Source: Gemmatimonadales bacterium (GTDB taxonomy: Bacteria > Gemmatimonadota > Gemmatimonadetes > Gemmatimonadales > GWC2-71-9). Taken from it: a DNA stretch of 64,000 nucleotides. Numbering within the stretch: the stretch's first letter is position 1; each line of letters begins with the position of its first letter. Position numbers and translations under genes: made by a program. The notes under the pieces are model-generated. The model made no database searches, was not told the origin of the DNA, and saw only the letters and a program-made list of their open reading frames with translations. Where the stretch lies: positions 320,001 through 384,000 of the forward strand of contig JBBCJC010000003.1 in NCBI GenBank assembly GCA_037189525.1, given 5' to 3'. Below, piece by piece: positions 18,557 through 27,357 of this stretch.

Positions 18557-18653
18557 TCCTGTCCTGGCCCCGACGGTGTCCCCCGTTGCGGTCGCCCGAC
18601 CGCGCGGGGTAGCTTGGACCCTACTCCGATCCGCGAGTTGAGGCCAACAGCGT

Positions 18654-19523
18654 ATGCGTGCAATTCGGGTCGGCCCCGGTAAAGGCGGGTCGTCATCCGA
18701 TGAAGGGTCTCTGGACCTCTACCTGCGGGAAATCAGCCGGTATCCGCTGATCCCGCAGGAAGAGGAGATTCGGCTTGCCCAGCGGATTCGTGGCGGAGAG
18801 GAAGAGGCGCTCGACAAGCTCGTGCGCAGCAATCTCCGTTTCGTGGTTTCCGTCGCCAAGAAATATCAGAACCAGGGTGTCTCCCTCTCCGATCTCATCA
18901 ACGAGGGCAACCTGGGTCTCATTCGCGCTGCGCATAAGTTCGACGAAACCAAGGGCATCAAGTTCATTTCCTACGCGGTCTGGTGGATTCGCCAGGCCAT
19001 TCTGCAGGCTTTGGCGGAGCAGAGCAGGATCGTGCGGGTCCCGCTCAATCGCGCCGGCGCGCTGCATCGGATTACCCGTCGGAGCGCGGCACTCCAGCAG
19101 GAACTCGGCCGGCAGCCGACCGCGGCCGAAGTGGCGGAGGGAATGGATATCGAGGTCGAGGAGGTCGAGAAGACGCTCTCCATCTCGCAGAACCATGTCT
19201 CCCTCGATGCGCCGCTCGCTCCCGGCGAGGATAACCGCTTGCTGGATTACCTCGCCGATACCCAGAACCCCGGTCCCGACGCGGAAACGTTCGAACGGGC
19301 GTTGACCCAGTCGATCGAGGATGTGCTCAAAGGGCTCAAGGAACGGGAAGCCAAGATTCTTCGGCTTTATTTCGGACTCGATGGTCCGGAGCCGATGACC
19401 CTGGAAGAGATCGGAGCGGAACTCGGTATTACGCGGGAACGGGTTCGGCAGATCAAGGAAAAGGCCCTGAGCCGCTTGCGCCACGTCAGCCGCTCCAAAG
19501 CGCTCGAAAGCTTTCTGACTTAA
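18654..19523 (+). CDS. RpoD/SigA-family sigma-70 factor lacking region 1.1
   Basis: Region 1.2 LDLYLREI; 2.x NLRFVVSVAKKY, DLINEGNLGL, KFISYAVWWIRQ; 4.2 TLEEIG...TRERVRQI. Confidence 0.93.
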   Translation: MRAIRVGPGKGGSSSDEGSLDLYLREISRYPLIPQEEEIRLAQRIRGGEEEALDKLVRSNLRFVVSVAKKYQNQGVSLSDLINEGNLGLIRAAHKFDETKGIKFISYAVWWIRQAILQALAEQSRIVRVPLNRAGALHRITRRSAALQQELGRQPTAAEVAEGMDIEVEEVEKTLSISQNHVSLDAPLAPGEDNRLLDYLADTQNPGPDAETFERALTQSIEDVLKGLKEREAKILRLYFGLDGPEPMTLEEIGAELGITRERVRQIKEKALSRLRHVSRSKALESFLT

Positions 19524-19529
19524 GACATC

Positions 19530-20033
19530 ATGGCAACGAACAGTTCATTCGATATTTCGACCGGCGCGGACCTGCAAGAGGTCGACAACGCCGTCAATCA
19601 GGCCATCAAGGAGATCGGGCAGCGGTACGACTTCAAGGGTACCAACTGCACCATCGAGTTCGATCGCGACAAGGCCTTCATCAAGCTCATGGCCGACGAC
19701 GAATTCCGGATGCAGCAGCTGATCGATGTGCTCGAAACCAAGTGTGCCAAGCGCCAGGTGCCGGCCAAGAACCTGAAGCGCGGAGATTTCGAGCCCGGCA
19801 CCGGAACCACGGTCCGTTGTACCCTGACGCTGACGCAGGGGATCGACCAGGACACGGCCAAGAAGATTTCCAAAGGGATCAAGGAGAACGGCTTCAAGAA
19901 AGTCCAGACCCAGATCCAGGGGGACGAGGTACGCGTCATCAGCCCCTCGCGTGACGAGCTGCAGGCTGTCATTGCCTTCCTTCGCTCGCAGGACTTCGGC
20001 ATCGAACTCAAGTTTGGCAACTACCGCGGCTGA
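19530..20033 (+). CDS. yajQ: YajQ family nucleotide/cyclic-di-GMP-binding protein
   Basis: SFDI...DLQEVDNAVNQA.KE...RYDFKG; QIQGDEVRV...RDELQ; FGNYR. Confidence 0.93.
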   Translation: MATNSSFDISTGADLQEVDNAVNQAIKEIGQRYDFKGTNCTIEFDRDKAFIKLMADDEFRMQQLIDVLETKCAKRQVPAKNLKRGDFEPGTGTTVRCTLTLTQGIDQDTAKKISKGIKENGFKKVQTQIQGDEVRVISPSRDELQAVIAFLRSQDFGIELKFGNYRG

Positions 20034-20034
20034 G

Positions 20035-21255
20035 ATGCGGCTGGCCGGCCTACTGGTGGCCGCGCTGGCGCTCGGTGGCTGTCCCCGGGTCGAGGTTGCG
20101 GCCTTGCCCGAGACCGAAACGGCCGAGCCCGCGGTGCGCGTGGGGCTCGGCCTTCCCGCGGCCGATGTCGCCATCGGGGGCGGCGGGGCCTTGCTCCTGA
20201 CCGGTCGCGACGGCGGGGGATTGGCCGAGATCCCGGCTGGAACGACGGGCGTCGTGGCCGGCAACGGGACTGCCGTCTGGGCGCGGGTCGGCGGGGTGCA
20301 GACCTCGGCGGCCTCCGCGCTCACGATCCGCGCCGTGGATACGGCCGGCACCGTGCGCGTGAGCGGGCGTGACTATCGCGGCGAGGTGTTGGTCACGCCC
20401 TCGCCGGCCGGACTCCTGGTCGTCAATCTGGTCTCCCTCGAGGCCTACGTAGCCGGCGTCGTCAATGCGGAAATGGGGCGACGGGGGGCGCAGGATCTGG
20501 CGGCGCTCTACGCCCAGGCCGTCATCTCGCGAACGGTGGCGATGCGCGCGCTGGGACGCTACCGGGTCCGCGGGTATGACCTGATCAATACCATCGCCGA
20601 TCAGGCCTATGCCGGGGTCGGGTCCGAGACGGATCTGGGCTGGGAGGCCGTCCGCGGCACTCGGGGTGAGGTGCTCACCTACAACGGGACGGTCATCGAA
20701 GGCTTTTTCCACTCGACCTGTGCCGGGCAGACGGAAAACGTCGAGTCCGTCTTTTCCGGCGGGCCGCAGGCCTATCTCCGATCCATCGACGATCGCGGCC
20801 CGGACGGGCGCCCGTACTGCGCGATCTCGCCTCGGTACCAATGGCGCGAGGAATGGACCGGTCCCGCCCTGCAGGAGCTGCTCCGGCGCCAAGCGGGAAG
20901 CGGCGCGGCGGCGTCGCCCCCGTCGGATGTGCGGATCGCGACCCGTTCGGGCACCGGGCGGGTGACCGAACTCGCGTTTACTCGGCCCGGGGCGAACGTG
21001 CCTGTGGCCGGGCAAAATGCCGTCCGGCAGGCGCTCCGGCTGAGCGACGGGGGATGGCTTCGTAGCACCCGTTTTACCCTGCAGGCCACCCGGACCGGCG
21101 GTCGTTTGGTCCGTCTGGTGGCCGAGGGCGGAGGGAACGGGCACGGCGTCGGGATGTGCCAATGGGGGGCGCTCGGCCGGTCCCGGGCCGGGGCATCGTA
21201 TCAGGACATCCTGTTCGCTTATTTTCCCGGGACGGAAATTCGCCGCTTTTTCTGA
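20035..21255 (+). CDS. SpoIID/LytB domain lipoprotein (lytic transglycosylase-like)
   Basis: Lipobox LGGC; YRG, LE.YV.GVV.AEM, AQAVISRT, DQAY.G, GHGVGMCQWGA. Confidence 0.88.
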   Translation: MRLAGLLVAALALGGCPRVEVAALPETETAEPAVRVGLGLPAADVAIGGGGALLLTGRDGGGLAEIPAGTTGVVAGNGTAVWARVGGVQTSAASALTIRAVDTAGTVRVSGRDYRGEVLVTPSPAGLLVVNLVSLEAYVAGVVNAEMGRRGAQDLAALYAQAVISRTVAMRALGRYRVRGYDLINTIADQAYAGVGSETDLGWEAVRGTRGEVLTYNGTVIEGFFHSTCAGQTENVESVFSGGPQAYLRSIDDRGPDGRPYCAISPRYQWREEWTGPALQELLRRQAGSGAAASPPSDVRIATRSGTGRVTELAFTRPGANVPVAGQNAVRQALRLSDGGWLRSTRFTLQATRTGGRLVRLVAEGGGNGHGVGMCQWGALGRSRAGASYQDILFAYFPGTEIRRFF

Positions 21256-21265
21256 GGTCATTGAT

Positions 21266-22348
21266 ATGACGGGTCCTCGCCGATCCGGCCCGCACCCCCG
21301 GCCCACGCCGGGTGGTCACGTGGTCGAGCAGGAAAGCCTCCAATCGCCGGTGCGACTCGGGATCATCGGGGGCGGAGCCATCGTGCAGGTTGCGCACCTG
21401 CCGGTGCTGCGCAAAACCCGGGGCGTCAAGGTTGCCGCGCTCTGCGATGTCGATTTGAGTAAAGCGCGTGCATTGGCGCAACGCGGCGGGATCCCGAGCG
21501 TCTACGACGATTTCGAAGATCTGCTGGCGCACGAAGAACTCGACGCCGTGCTGATTGCCACGCCTAATCATCTCCACGAATCGCATATCCTCGCGGCCCT
21601 CTCGGCCGATCTCGACGTGCTGGTCGAAAAGCCGCTGGCGCTCACCTCGGCCAGTGCGCAGCGCGTGGCGCGCGCGGCCGAGAAGCGCGACCGGGTCGTG
21701 ATGACCGGGATGACCCATCGGTATCGCCCGGACGTGCAGGCAGTGCGCAGCTTCGTCCAAGCGGGAGAACTGGGCGAGATCACCAGCGTGCGCGCCAGCT
21801 GGCATCTGGCCCGGCCGGAACGGGCGCAGCTCGGGTGGCGTCAGAAGCTGAGCCAGGCCGGTGGAGGCGCCATGCTCGACCTGGGGCTCACCATGCTCGA
21901 TCTGGGCCTCTGGCTCGGCAACAACCCGGTTCCCGCCCGAGTCAGCGCCAACCTGAGCCGGCCCGGCGGCGAGCGGAACGTGGAGCAGTCCGGCAGCGCC
22001 TTCCTCGTCTGCGAAAACGGAGCAGCGATTTTCGTCGACGTGACCTGGCGCCACATCGGAGAAGGCGAGCGGTTCGGCGCCGGGATCCGAGGCTCGAAGG
22101 GCACCGCTGGGATCAACCCGCTGCAGGTGTGGAAAGAGTTGCACGGCGTGGCCCACAATGTTTCCCCGACCGGATCGTTCAGCCGGGACAACGCGTTCAT
22201 CGCATCGTTCCGGGCGCAGTGGGCGCATTTCCTCGCCGCGGCCGGGCGCCGCGTGCCGGCGCCGTCGCTCGATGAGCAAGTGCAGGTGCTCCGCGTGCTT
22301 GAAGCGATCTACGAATCGGACGCCAAGGGGCGAGACATCGCGCTGTGA
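21266..22348 (+). CDS. Gfo/Idh/MocA family oxidoreductase
   Basis: GIIGGG, IATPNHLH, VLVEKP, GGGAMLDLG. Confidence 0.9.
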   Translation: MTGPRRSGPHPRPTPGGHVVEQESLQSPVRLGIIGGGAIVQVAHLPVLRKTRGVKVAALCDVDLSKARALAQRGGIPSVYDDFEDLLAHEELDAVLIATPNHLHESHILAALSADLDVLVEKPLALTSASAQRVARAAEKRDRVVMTGMTHRYRPDVQAVRSFVQAGELGEITSVRASWHLARPERAQLGWRQKLSQAGGGAMLDLGLTMLDLGLWLGNNPVPARVSANLSRPGGERNVEQSGSAFLVCENGAAIFVDVTWRHIGEGERFGAGIRGSKGTAGINPLQVWKELHGVAHNVSPTGSFSRDNAFIASFRAQWAHFLAAAGRRVPAPSLDEQVQVLRVLEAIYESDAKGRDIAL

Positions 22349-23595
22349 GTTGGCTGGCGTCGTTTTTCCTCGCGGCCGGCATAGCCGCGTCGCCGATCCA
22401 GGCCGGACCTGCCGATTCCGTTCCGGGCAGTGAACTATCCGTCTATCTCCTGACCTTCGATCCCGGCGATCTGGTCTGGGAGCGTTTCGGGCACAACGCC
22501 ATTCGGATCATCGACCACCGGACCGGCGCGGATATCGCCTACGACTACGGCCGGTTCGATTTCGGACGGACCTGGCGGGAGCAAGTCGGGTTCGTTGCCC
22601 GGTTTGCGCAGAAAGACCTCCGCTATTCCATGGGCGAGGCTGATGGGGCCCGCACCCTGGCCGCCTACCAGCGGTTGGGGCGCTCGATCTGGTCGCAGGA
22701 ACTCGATCTCGAACCGGCTGCCAAGCTGGCGATGTACGATTTCCTTCGCTGGAACATCCGCGACGAAAATCGCTACTACGACTACGACTACTACCTCGAC
22801 AACTGTTCGACCCGCCTTCGCGATGTGATCGACCGCGCGGTAGATGGGCAACTCAAAACCTGGGCCGAAAGTCTCCGGACCGACCACACCTACCGCTTCC
22901 ATACCCGCCGGACCACCGAGAACTCGGTCGCGACCTACACGGCTCTCATGTTCGGGCTCGGCCAGCCCGTCGATCAGCCGCTCTCGGCGTGGCAGGAAAT
23001 GTTTCTGCCTATCATGCTGCGGCCGTATCTCAATCAGCTGGTGGTTCGCGATGCGGCGGGAGTCGCCCGGCCGCTCGTCAAGGAGGAGCGGCACCTGGTC
23101 ACCACCACACCGTATTCGGTGGCGGAGGTGCCGTCGTCGTGGCGCGAAGGATATCTGCTGGCCGGATTGATCGGGCTGGCCGTCCTGGTGGGGCTCGGGC
23201 TGATCGGCCGGCGGCGCGCATGGGCCCGGACCGGGTTTGGCGCTCTGGCCACGCTGTGGAGCTATCTGGCAGGTCTGGGCGGCGTCGTGCTGGTGTCGCT
23301 CTGGGCGTTTACCGCGCATGCGGTCAGCTATCGGAATGAGAACGTGCTCCAGCTGAGTCTGCTCTCGATGGCCCTGGCCTTGATACTTCCGGCCGCAGTA
23401 TGGCGACAGGGCCCCCGGCATCGGGTGGCGCTTCGGCTTGCAGCTCTGGTCGTATTGCTCAGCGTTGCCGGGGTGGTGCTCAAAATCCTGCCGGCCTTCG
23501 ATCAGGCCAATCTCGATCTGATCGGGTTCGTGCTCCCGCTGCATCTGGGCCTGCTTGCGGGGCTGGCGGCGGTGGGACCTCGCCGGACGGTATGA
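22345..23595 (+). CDS. DUF4105 (Lnb-like) domain membrane protein
   Basis: FGHNAIR, YDYG.FDF, YDYYLDNCSTR.RD, MFLP; four to five C-terminal TM segments. Confidence 0.75.
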   Translation: MSWLASFFLAAGIAASPIQAGPADSVPGSELSVYLLTFDPGDLVWERFGHNAIRIIDHRTGADIAYDYGRFDFGRTWREQVGFVARFAQKDLRYSMGEADGARTLAAYQRLGRSIWSQELDLEPAAKLAMYDFLRWNIRDENRYYDYDYYLDNCSTRLRDVIDRAVDGQLKTWAESLRTDHTYRFHTRRTTENSVATYTALMFGLGQPVDQPLSAWQEMFLPIMLRPYLNQLVVRDAAGVARPLVKEERHLVTTTPYSVAEVPSSWREGYLLAGLIGLAVLVGLGLIGRRRAWARTGFGALATLWSYLAGLGGVVLVSLWAFTAHAVSYRNENVLQLSLLSMALALILPAAVWRQGPRHRVALRLAALVVLLSVAGVVLKILPAFDQANLDLIGFVLPLHLGLLAGLAAVGPRRTV

Positions 23596-23641
23596 GGGCC
23601 CGGTTGCTCTGCGGAGCGACCGGGGCTCTCGGAGAAACCAA

Positions 23642-24340
23642 TCAACCCGCGTTGAGACGCTTGAGTCCTTCCTGGGCTTCGGTATACTGCGGAAAAGCCT
23701 TGATGGCGGCGCTGTAGAACTCCGCTGCCTTCTTGCTGTCGCCGCGGTCCTGGTAGAGCAGGGCGCGGCTGTAGAGGCCCAGCGCTTCGGTCGGCACATC
23801 GCGGGCACGAGACGCCTGGGCGGCCGCCGCCGGCAGCGCAGGAAGCGAGGTGCCCTCGGTGATCCGGTCGGCGACGGATTGGATGATCCGGAACATCTGC
23901 TTCCGGTCGGACAGCTTGGGGTCGCTGCGCACGACCTTGAGGATCTCGCCGGTTTCGACATCGATGATCCGGGCATCGACCCGGAAGTCTCCGTACAGAT
24001 CGATGAACGTGCCCGCCACCATGTACCGGGCGCCGACCAGCTTACCGATCCGCGCGGCAGTGCGCGCGTCGACCCGCTCGGCGGCGGCGAGACCCTGTTC
24101 GTCCAGGAGCTTCTGAATCTGCTCGCGCTCCACCAGACGCATCGCCGGATTCCGTGCCAGTTCCGACAGCACCATCGCGGCAATGCCTCGGCGCAAGGCG
24201 TCGAAGTCTTCCTTGTCGCGGCCGTAGCTGCCGCCGTTTTCGAACGGCAGAACCGCAACGCCGGGGCGGTTGTCTTGCGCCGCGGCCACCGTCGTACCGA
24301 GCAGCAGGGCGGTGCACAGGGCCAGCATCAAACGGAACAT
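23642..24340 (-). CDS. CsgG/HfaB (TolB_N-like) family secreted protein with C-terminal TPR
   Basis: Signal peptide; VAVLPFEN, LVER.QI..LL.EQ, IGKLVGA..MV.G, DARIIDVETGEI; TPR-like end. Confidence 0.8.
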   Translation of the reverse strand: MFRLMLALCTALLLGTTVAAAQDNRPGVAVLPFENGGSYGRDKEDFDALRRGIAAMVLSELARNPAMRLVEREQIQKLLDEQGLAAAERVDARTAARIGKLVGARYMVAGTFIDLYGDFRVDARIIDVETGEILKVVRSDPKLSDRKQMFRIIQSVADRITEGTSLPALPAAAAQASRARDVPTEALGLYSRALLYQDRGDSKKAAEFYSAAIKAFPQYTEAQEGLKRLNAG

Positions 24341-24354
24341 GGCGGTCTCCTCAT

Positions 24355-25200
24355 CTAGCAGGACCAGGTCGAACCTTCGATGGCGAGGGCGACGTCGAAG
24401 CGACCACCGAGTTGCACCCGTCGCGTCTCCGCTTCGTCGAGCAACCGCTCCAGATCGTCGTCCGTATGGCTCGGGTCGTGATGGAACAAGATCACCCGAT
24501 CCACGCCCGCCTCGGCTGCCAATTCGATCACCTCGCTGGCGGTCGAATGGCCCCATCCGGCTCGGCTGGCGCGCTGCCGATCGAAATACATGGCATCGTG
24601 CACCAGCGTGTGAGTATGATGCAAAAATCGTACGAGTCTGGCCCAGTCACCGGTGCTTCGGGCGATGGCTAACTCGTTGTCCGTCATATAGCTGAAGCCG
24701 CGATGGCCGGCTTCCAGGCGGATCGAGTATCCGAGTGTCGCCCCAGGGTGACAGAGCGGTGTGGCCTCGACCAGAAATCCGTCCAGGACGCGTAGCGCAT
24801 TGCCGAACGCGGCGGCAGAAATCGATCCGGCCATGGCAGAGCGCGGCACCGGAAACACGGCGGGGTCGAGCAACCGGTCGATCACCTCGTCGAGGGTCGG
24901 CGCGGTCCGCTCCGGGCCGAGGATCGTCAGACGGAAGCCGGGGTGGTGGAGCGGCGCGAAAAAGGGCAGCCCCTGGATATGGTCCCAATGGGTGTGGGAC
25001 AACAGTAGTGTCAGGGCATCGACGGCCGGGTCGAGTGTCTGGCCGAACAGGCGAATGCCGCTGCCGGCATCGAGGACCAGCTGGTGGCCCCGGCCGTCAT
25101 CGACGGAAAGGCAGGGCGTATTCCCGCCGACGCGCGCCGTGCTGCTGCCCGGTGCGGGGATCGACCCGCGCACGCCCCAGCAGCGCACCGTCAGGGGCAT
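24355..25200 (-). CDS. MBL-fold metallo-hydrolase
   Basis: WGVRGSIP, GGNTPC, DAGSG, SHTHWDHIQGLPFF, TDNE, WGHS, FHHDP. Confidence 0.9.
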   Translation of the reverse strand: MPLTVRCWGVRGSIPAPGSSTARVGGNTPCLSVDDGRGHQLVLDAGSGIRLFGQTLDPAVDALTLLLSHTHWDHIQGLPFFAPLHHPGFRLTILGPERTAPTLDEVIDRLLDPAVFPVPRSAMAGSISAAAFGNALRVLDGFLVEATPLCHPGATLGYSIRLEAGHRGFSYMTDNELAIARSTGDWARLVRFLHHTHTLVHDAMYFDRQRASRAGWGHSTASEVIELAAEAGVDRVILFHHDPSHTDDDLERLLDEAETRRVQLGGRFDVALAIEGSTWSC

Positions 25201-25203
25201 GGC

Positions 25204-25881
25204 TCAGGCCCGTTGCGCAGCGTTGCGCAGCTGGTCGGGCTCGAGCAGGACGATCTCGCGCCGATTGACGGAGATGACCTTCTGCACGGCAAGGCTCCGC
25301 ATCGTCCGCGACACCGTCTCCCGGCTCGACCCCACCATCTGGGCGATCGTGGCATGAGTCAGCTTGCGGGTAATCCGCTGGCCGTCTTCTTCCCGCGCCA
25401 GCTCGAGCAGCAGGTGGGCAATCCGGCCGTTGACGTCGAGCAGCGCCATGCTGGCGATCGTTTCGTCGGCGCGGCGCAGGCGGCGGGTCAGTTCCTTGAG
25501 GAGTGCCACGCCCAGTTCCGGCGAGGCACGGAGCCTCGCCTGGAAGTCCTCACGCCGGAGCTGCAGCAGGGTCGCATCCGTCATCGCAATGACGTGGGCC
25601 GAGCGCGGTTCGTCGTCGAGCAGCGCCATTTCACCGAAGAAGCCGCTGCTCGCGAGCACCGAGAGGATGACCTCGCGTCCGTCTTCGGCAAAGACCGCGA
25701 CTTTGACCTGACCTTGGGCGATCAGGAACATGGCGTCGCCCGGATCGCCCTGGGTGACGATGACGGCGCCGCGATGGAACTGCCGCTCCCTGAGCAGACC
25801 GGCGAGTGCTTGCGCTTCCGGGTCGCTCAGGTGCCGAAACAACGGGACCGTGCGGAGCACGTCGATCGGTGCGATGGTCAT
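25204..25881 (-). CDS. Crp/Fnr family transcriptional regulator (cNMP-binding)
   Basis: FFGEMALLD..PRSA phosphate-binding cassette; HTH IAQMVGSSRETVSR. Confidence 0.92.
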   Translation of the reverse strand: MTIAPIDVLRTVPLFRHLSDPEAQALAGLLRERQFHRGAVIVTQGDPGDAMFLIAQGQVKVAVFAEDGREVILSVLASSGFFGEMALLDDEPRSAHVIAMTDATLLQLRREDFQARLRASPELGVALLKELTRRLRRADETIASMALLDVNGRIAHLLLELAREEDGQRITRKLTHATIAQMVGSSRETVSRTMRSLAVQKVISVNRREIVLLEPDQLRNAAQRA

Positions 25882-25936
25882 GTGCCGTGCAGCATAGGAC
25901 AAATCGGGACCCGAAGCAAGCGACCGATCGCGGGGG

Positions 25937-25952
25937 TGTGATGCAGATCACC
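25937..25952. promoter_or_regulatory. CRP-type binding site
   Basis: TGTGA-TGCAGA-TCACC vs consensus TGTGA-N6-TCACA (9/10), directly upstream of the crp-like gene. Confidence 0.7.
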
Positions 25953-25977
25953 ATCCCGGTACGGCCAAGGGGTCGGC

Positions 25978-26006
25978 TTGCCTCAACCGGGGCCCGCTGC
26001 TAACTT
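25978..26006 (+). promoter_or_regulatory. Putative sigma-70 promoter of the rpmE-prfA operon
   Basis: TTGCCT N17 TAACTT with TGn extension. Confidence 0.6.
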
Positions 26007-26070
26007 TAGAGGCTTTCCCGGAGCTGAGAAGTCGTTACCGGGTAACGCTTTAGCCAGTAGGGAGTTGCTT

Positions 26071-26292
26071 GTGAAGCCGAATCTTCATCCCCTCTACAAC
26101 AAGATCGTCGGCAAGTGCGCCTGCGGGAACGAGTTCGAAGTTCGTTCGACCGTCGCGACGATCAACGTCGAGGTCTGCTCGGTCTGCCATCCGTACTACA
26201 CGGGTAAGCAGCGCCTGGTCGATACTGCCGGTCGGGTCGATCGCTTCCGCCGCAAGTACGGTGGGGGGGCGGCAGCAGCGCCCAAGGAGTAA
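26071..26292 (+). CDS. rpmE: 50S ribosomal protein L31 (Zn-binding type)
   Basis: [39 protein letters not shown] start with SD GGGAG. Confidence 0.95.
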   Translation: MKPNLHPLYNKIVGKCACGNEFEVRSTVATINVEVCSVCHPYYTGKQRLVDTAGRVDRFRRKYGGGAAAAPKE

Positions 26293-26295
26293 GCC

Positions 26296-27354
26296 GTGGA
26301 GGCCAAGCTCCGCCAGGCGTTGGGGCGGGCGGAGGTGGTCTCTCGCGAGCTCACCGATCCGGATCTCGCCAAAGATCCGACCCGCATTTCCGCCCTTGGG
26401 CGCGAGCACGCTCGGCTCGCGCCCATCGTGCGTTTGGGCGAGCAGTACCTCCGACTGCAGGAAGACCTTCGCCAGGCTCGTGAACTCGAGCAGGCCGAGG
26501 ATCCCGATCTGGCCGACCTGGCCCGATCGGACATCGAACGGGTCGAGGCCGAGTTGGCGCATATCGAACCCGTCCTGGGCGACCTCCTCGTCCCCCGTGA
26601 TCCCCTCGAAGACCGCAACACCATCGTCGAAATCCGCGCCGGTACCGGCGGGGACGAAGCCGCCCTTTTTGCCGGCGATCTGCTGCGGATGTACACCCGC
26701 TTTGCCGAACGGCACGGGCTCAAGGTCGAAACGATCTCGTTGAGCGACGCAGCCCTGGGCGGCGTGCGGGAAGCCGTGATCGGCGTCAAAGGCGCCGAAG
26801 CGTATGGCTTGCTGCGCTGGGAGTCGGGAGTCCACCGGGTCCAGCGTGTTCCCGCCACCGAAACCCAAGGGCGGATCCATACCTCGGCCGCGACGGTTGC
26901 TGTGCTGCCCGAAGCGGAGGAGGTCGACGTCAGGATCGACCCGCAGGATCTTCGCATCGATGTCTTCCGGTCGAGCGGCCCCGGGGGACAGAGCGTCAAC
27001 ACCACGGACAGCGCGGTGCGGATCACCCACCTGCCCACCGGCATCGTCGTGTCGCAGCAGGACCAGAAATCGCAGTTGCAGAACAAGATCAAGGCGATGG
27101 AAGTGCTGCGGGCCCGGCTGCTCGATCGGATGATCGCGGAGCAGGAAGGCGCCCGGGCCCGCGAGCGGAAGGCGATGGTCGGCACCGGCGACCGATCCGC
27201 CAAGATCCGGACGTACAACTATCCGCAGAGCCGGGTCACCGATCACCGGATCAATCTGTCGGTGCACAATCTGAGCGACGTGATGGACGGTGACCTCGAC
27301 GACCTCGTCAAAGCGCTCCGATTGGCGGGTCGGCAGGAAGCGGATCAGGGCTGA
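26296..27354 (+). CDS. prfA: Peptide chain release factor 1
   Basis: EIRAGTGGDEA, ESGVHRVQRVPATE (PxT), GPGGQSVN, RTYNYPQ. Confidence 0.97.
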   Translation: MEAKLRQALGRAEVVSRELTDPDLAKDPTRISALGREHARLAPIVRLGEQYLRLQEDLRQARELEQAEDPDLADLARSDIERVEAELAHIEPVLGDLLVPRDPLEDRNTIVEIRAGTGGDEAALFAGDLLRMYTRFAERHGLKVETISLSDAALGGVREAVIGVKGAEAYGLLRWESGVHRVQRVPATETQGRIHTSAATVAVLPEAEEVDVRIDPQDLRIDVFRSSGPGGQSVNTTDSAVRITHLPTGIVVSQQDQKSQLQNKIKAMEVLRARLLDRMIAEQEGARARERKAMVGTGDRSAKIRTYNYPQSRVTDHRINLSVHNLSDVMDGDLDDLVKALRLAGRQEADQG

Positions 27355-27357
27355 TCC

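Noticed and set aside
22774..22794. TAC/GAC microsatellite-like run
   Set aside because: Encodes the YYDYDYY segment of the DUF4105 motif; not a contingency repeat.
22435..24258. 607-aa minus-strand ORF
   Set aside because: Overlaps the DUF4105 gene antisense and the CsgG-like gene out of frame; low-information composition.
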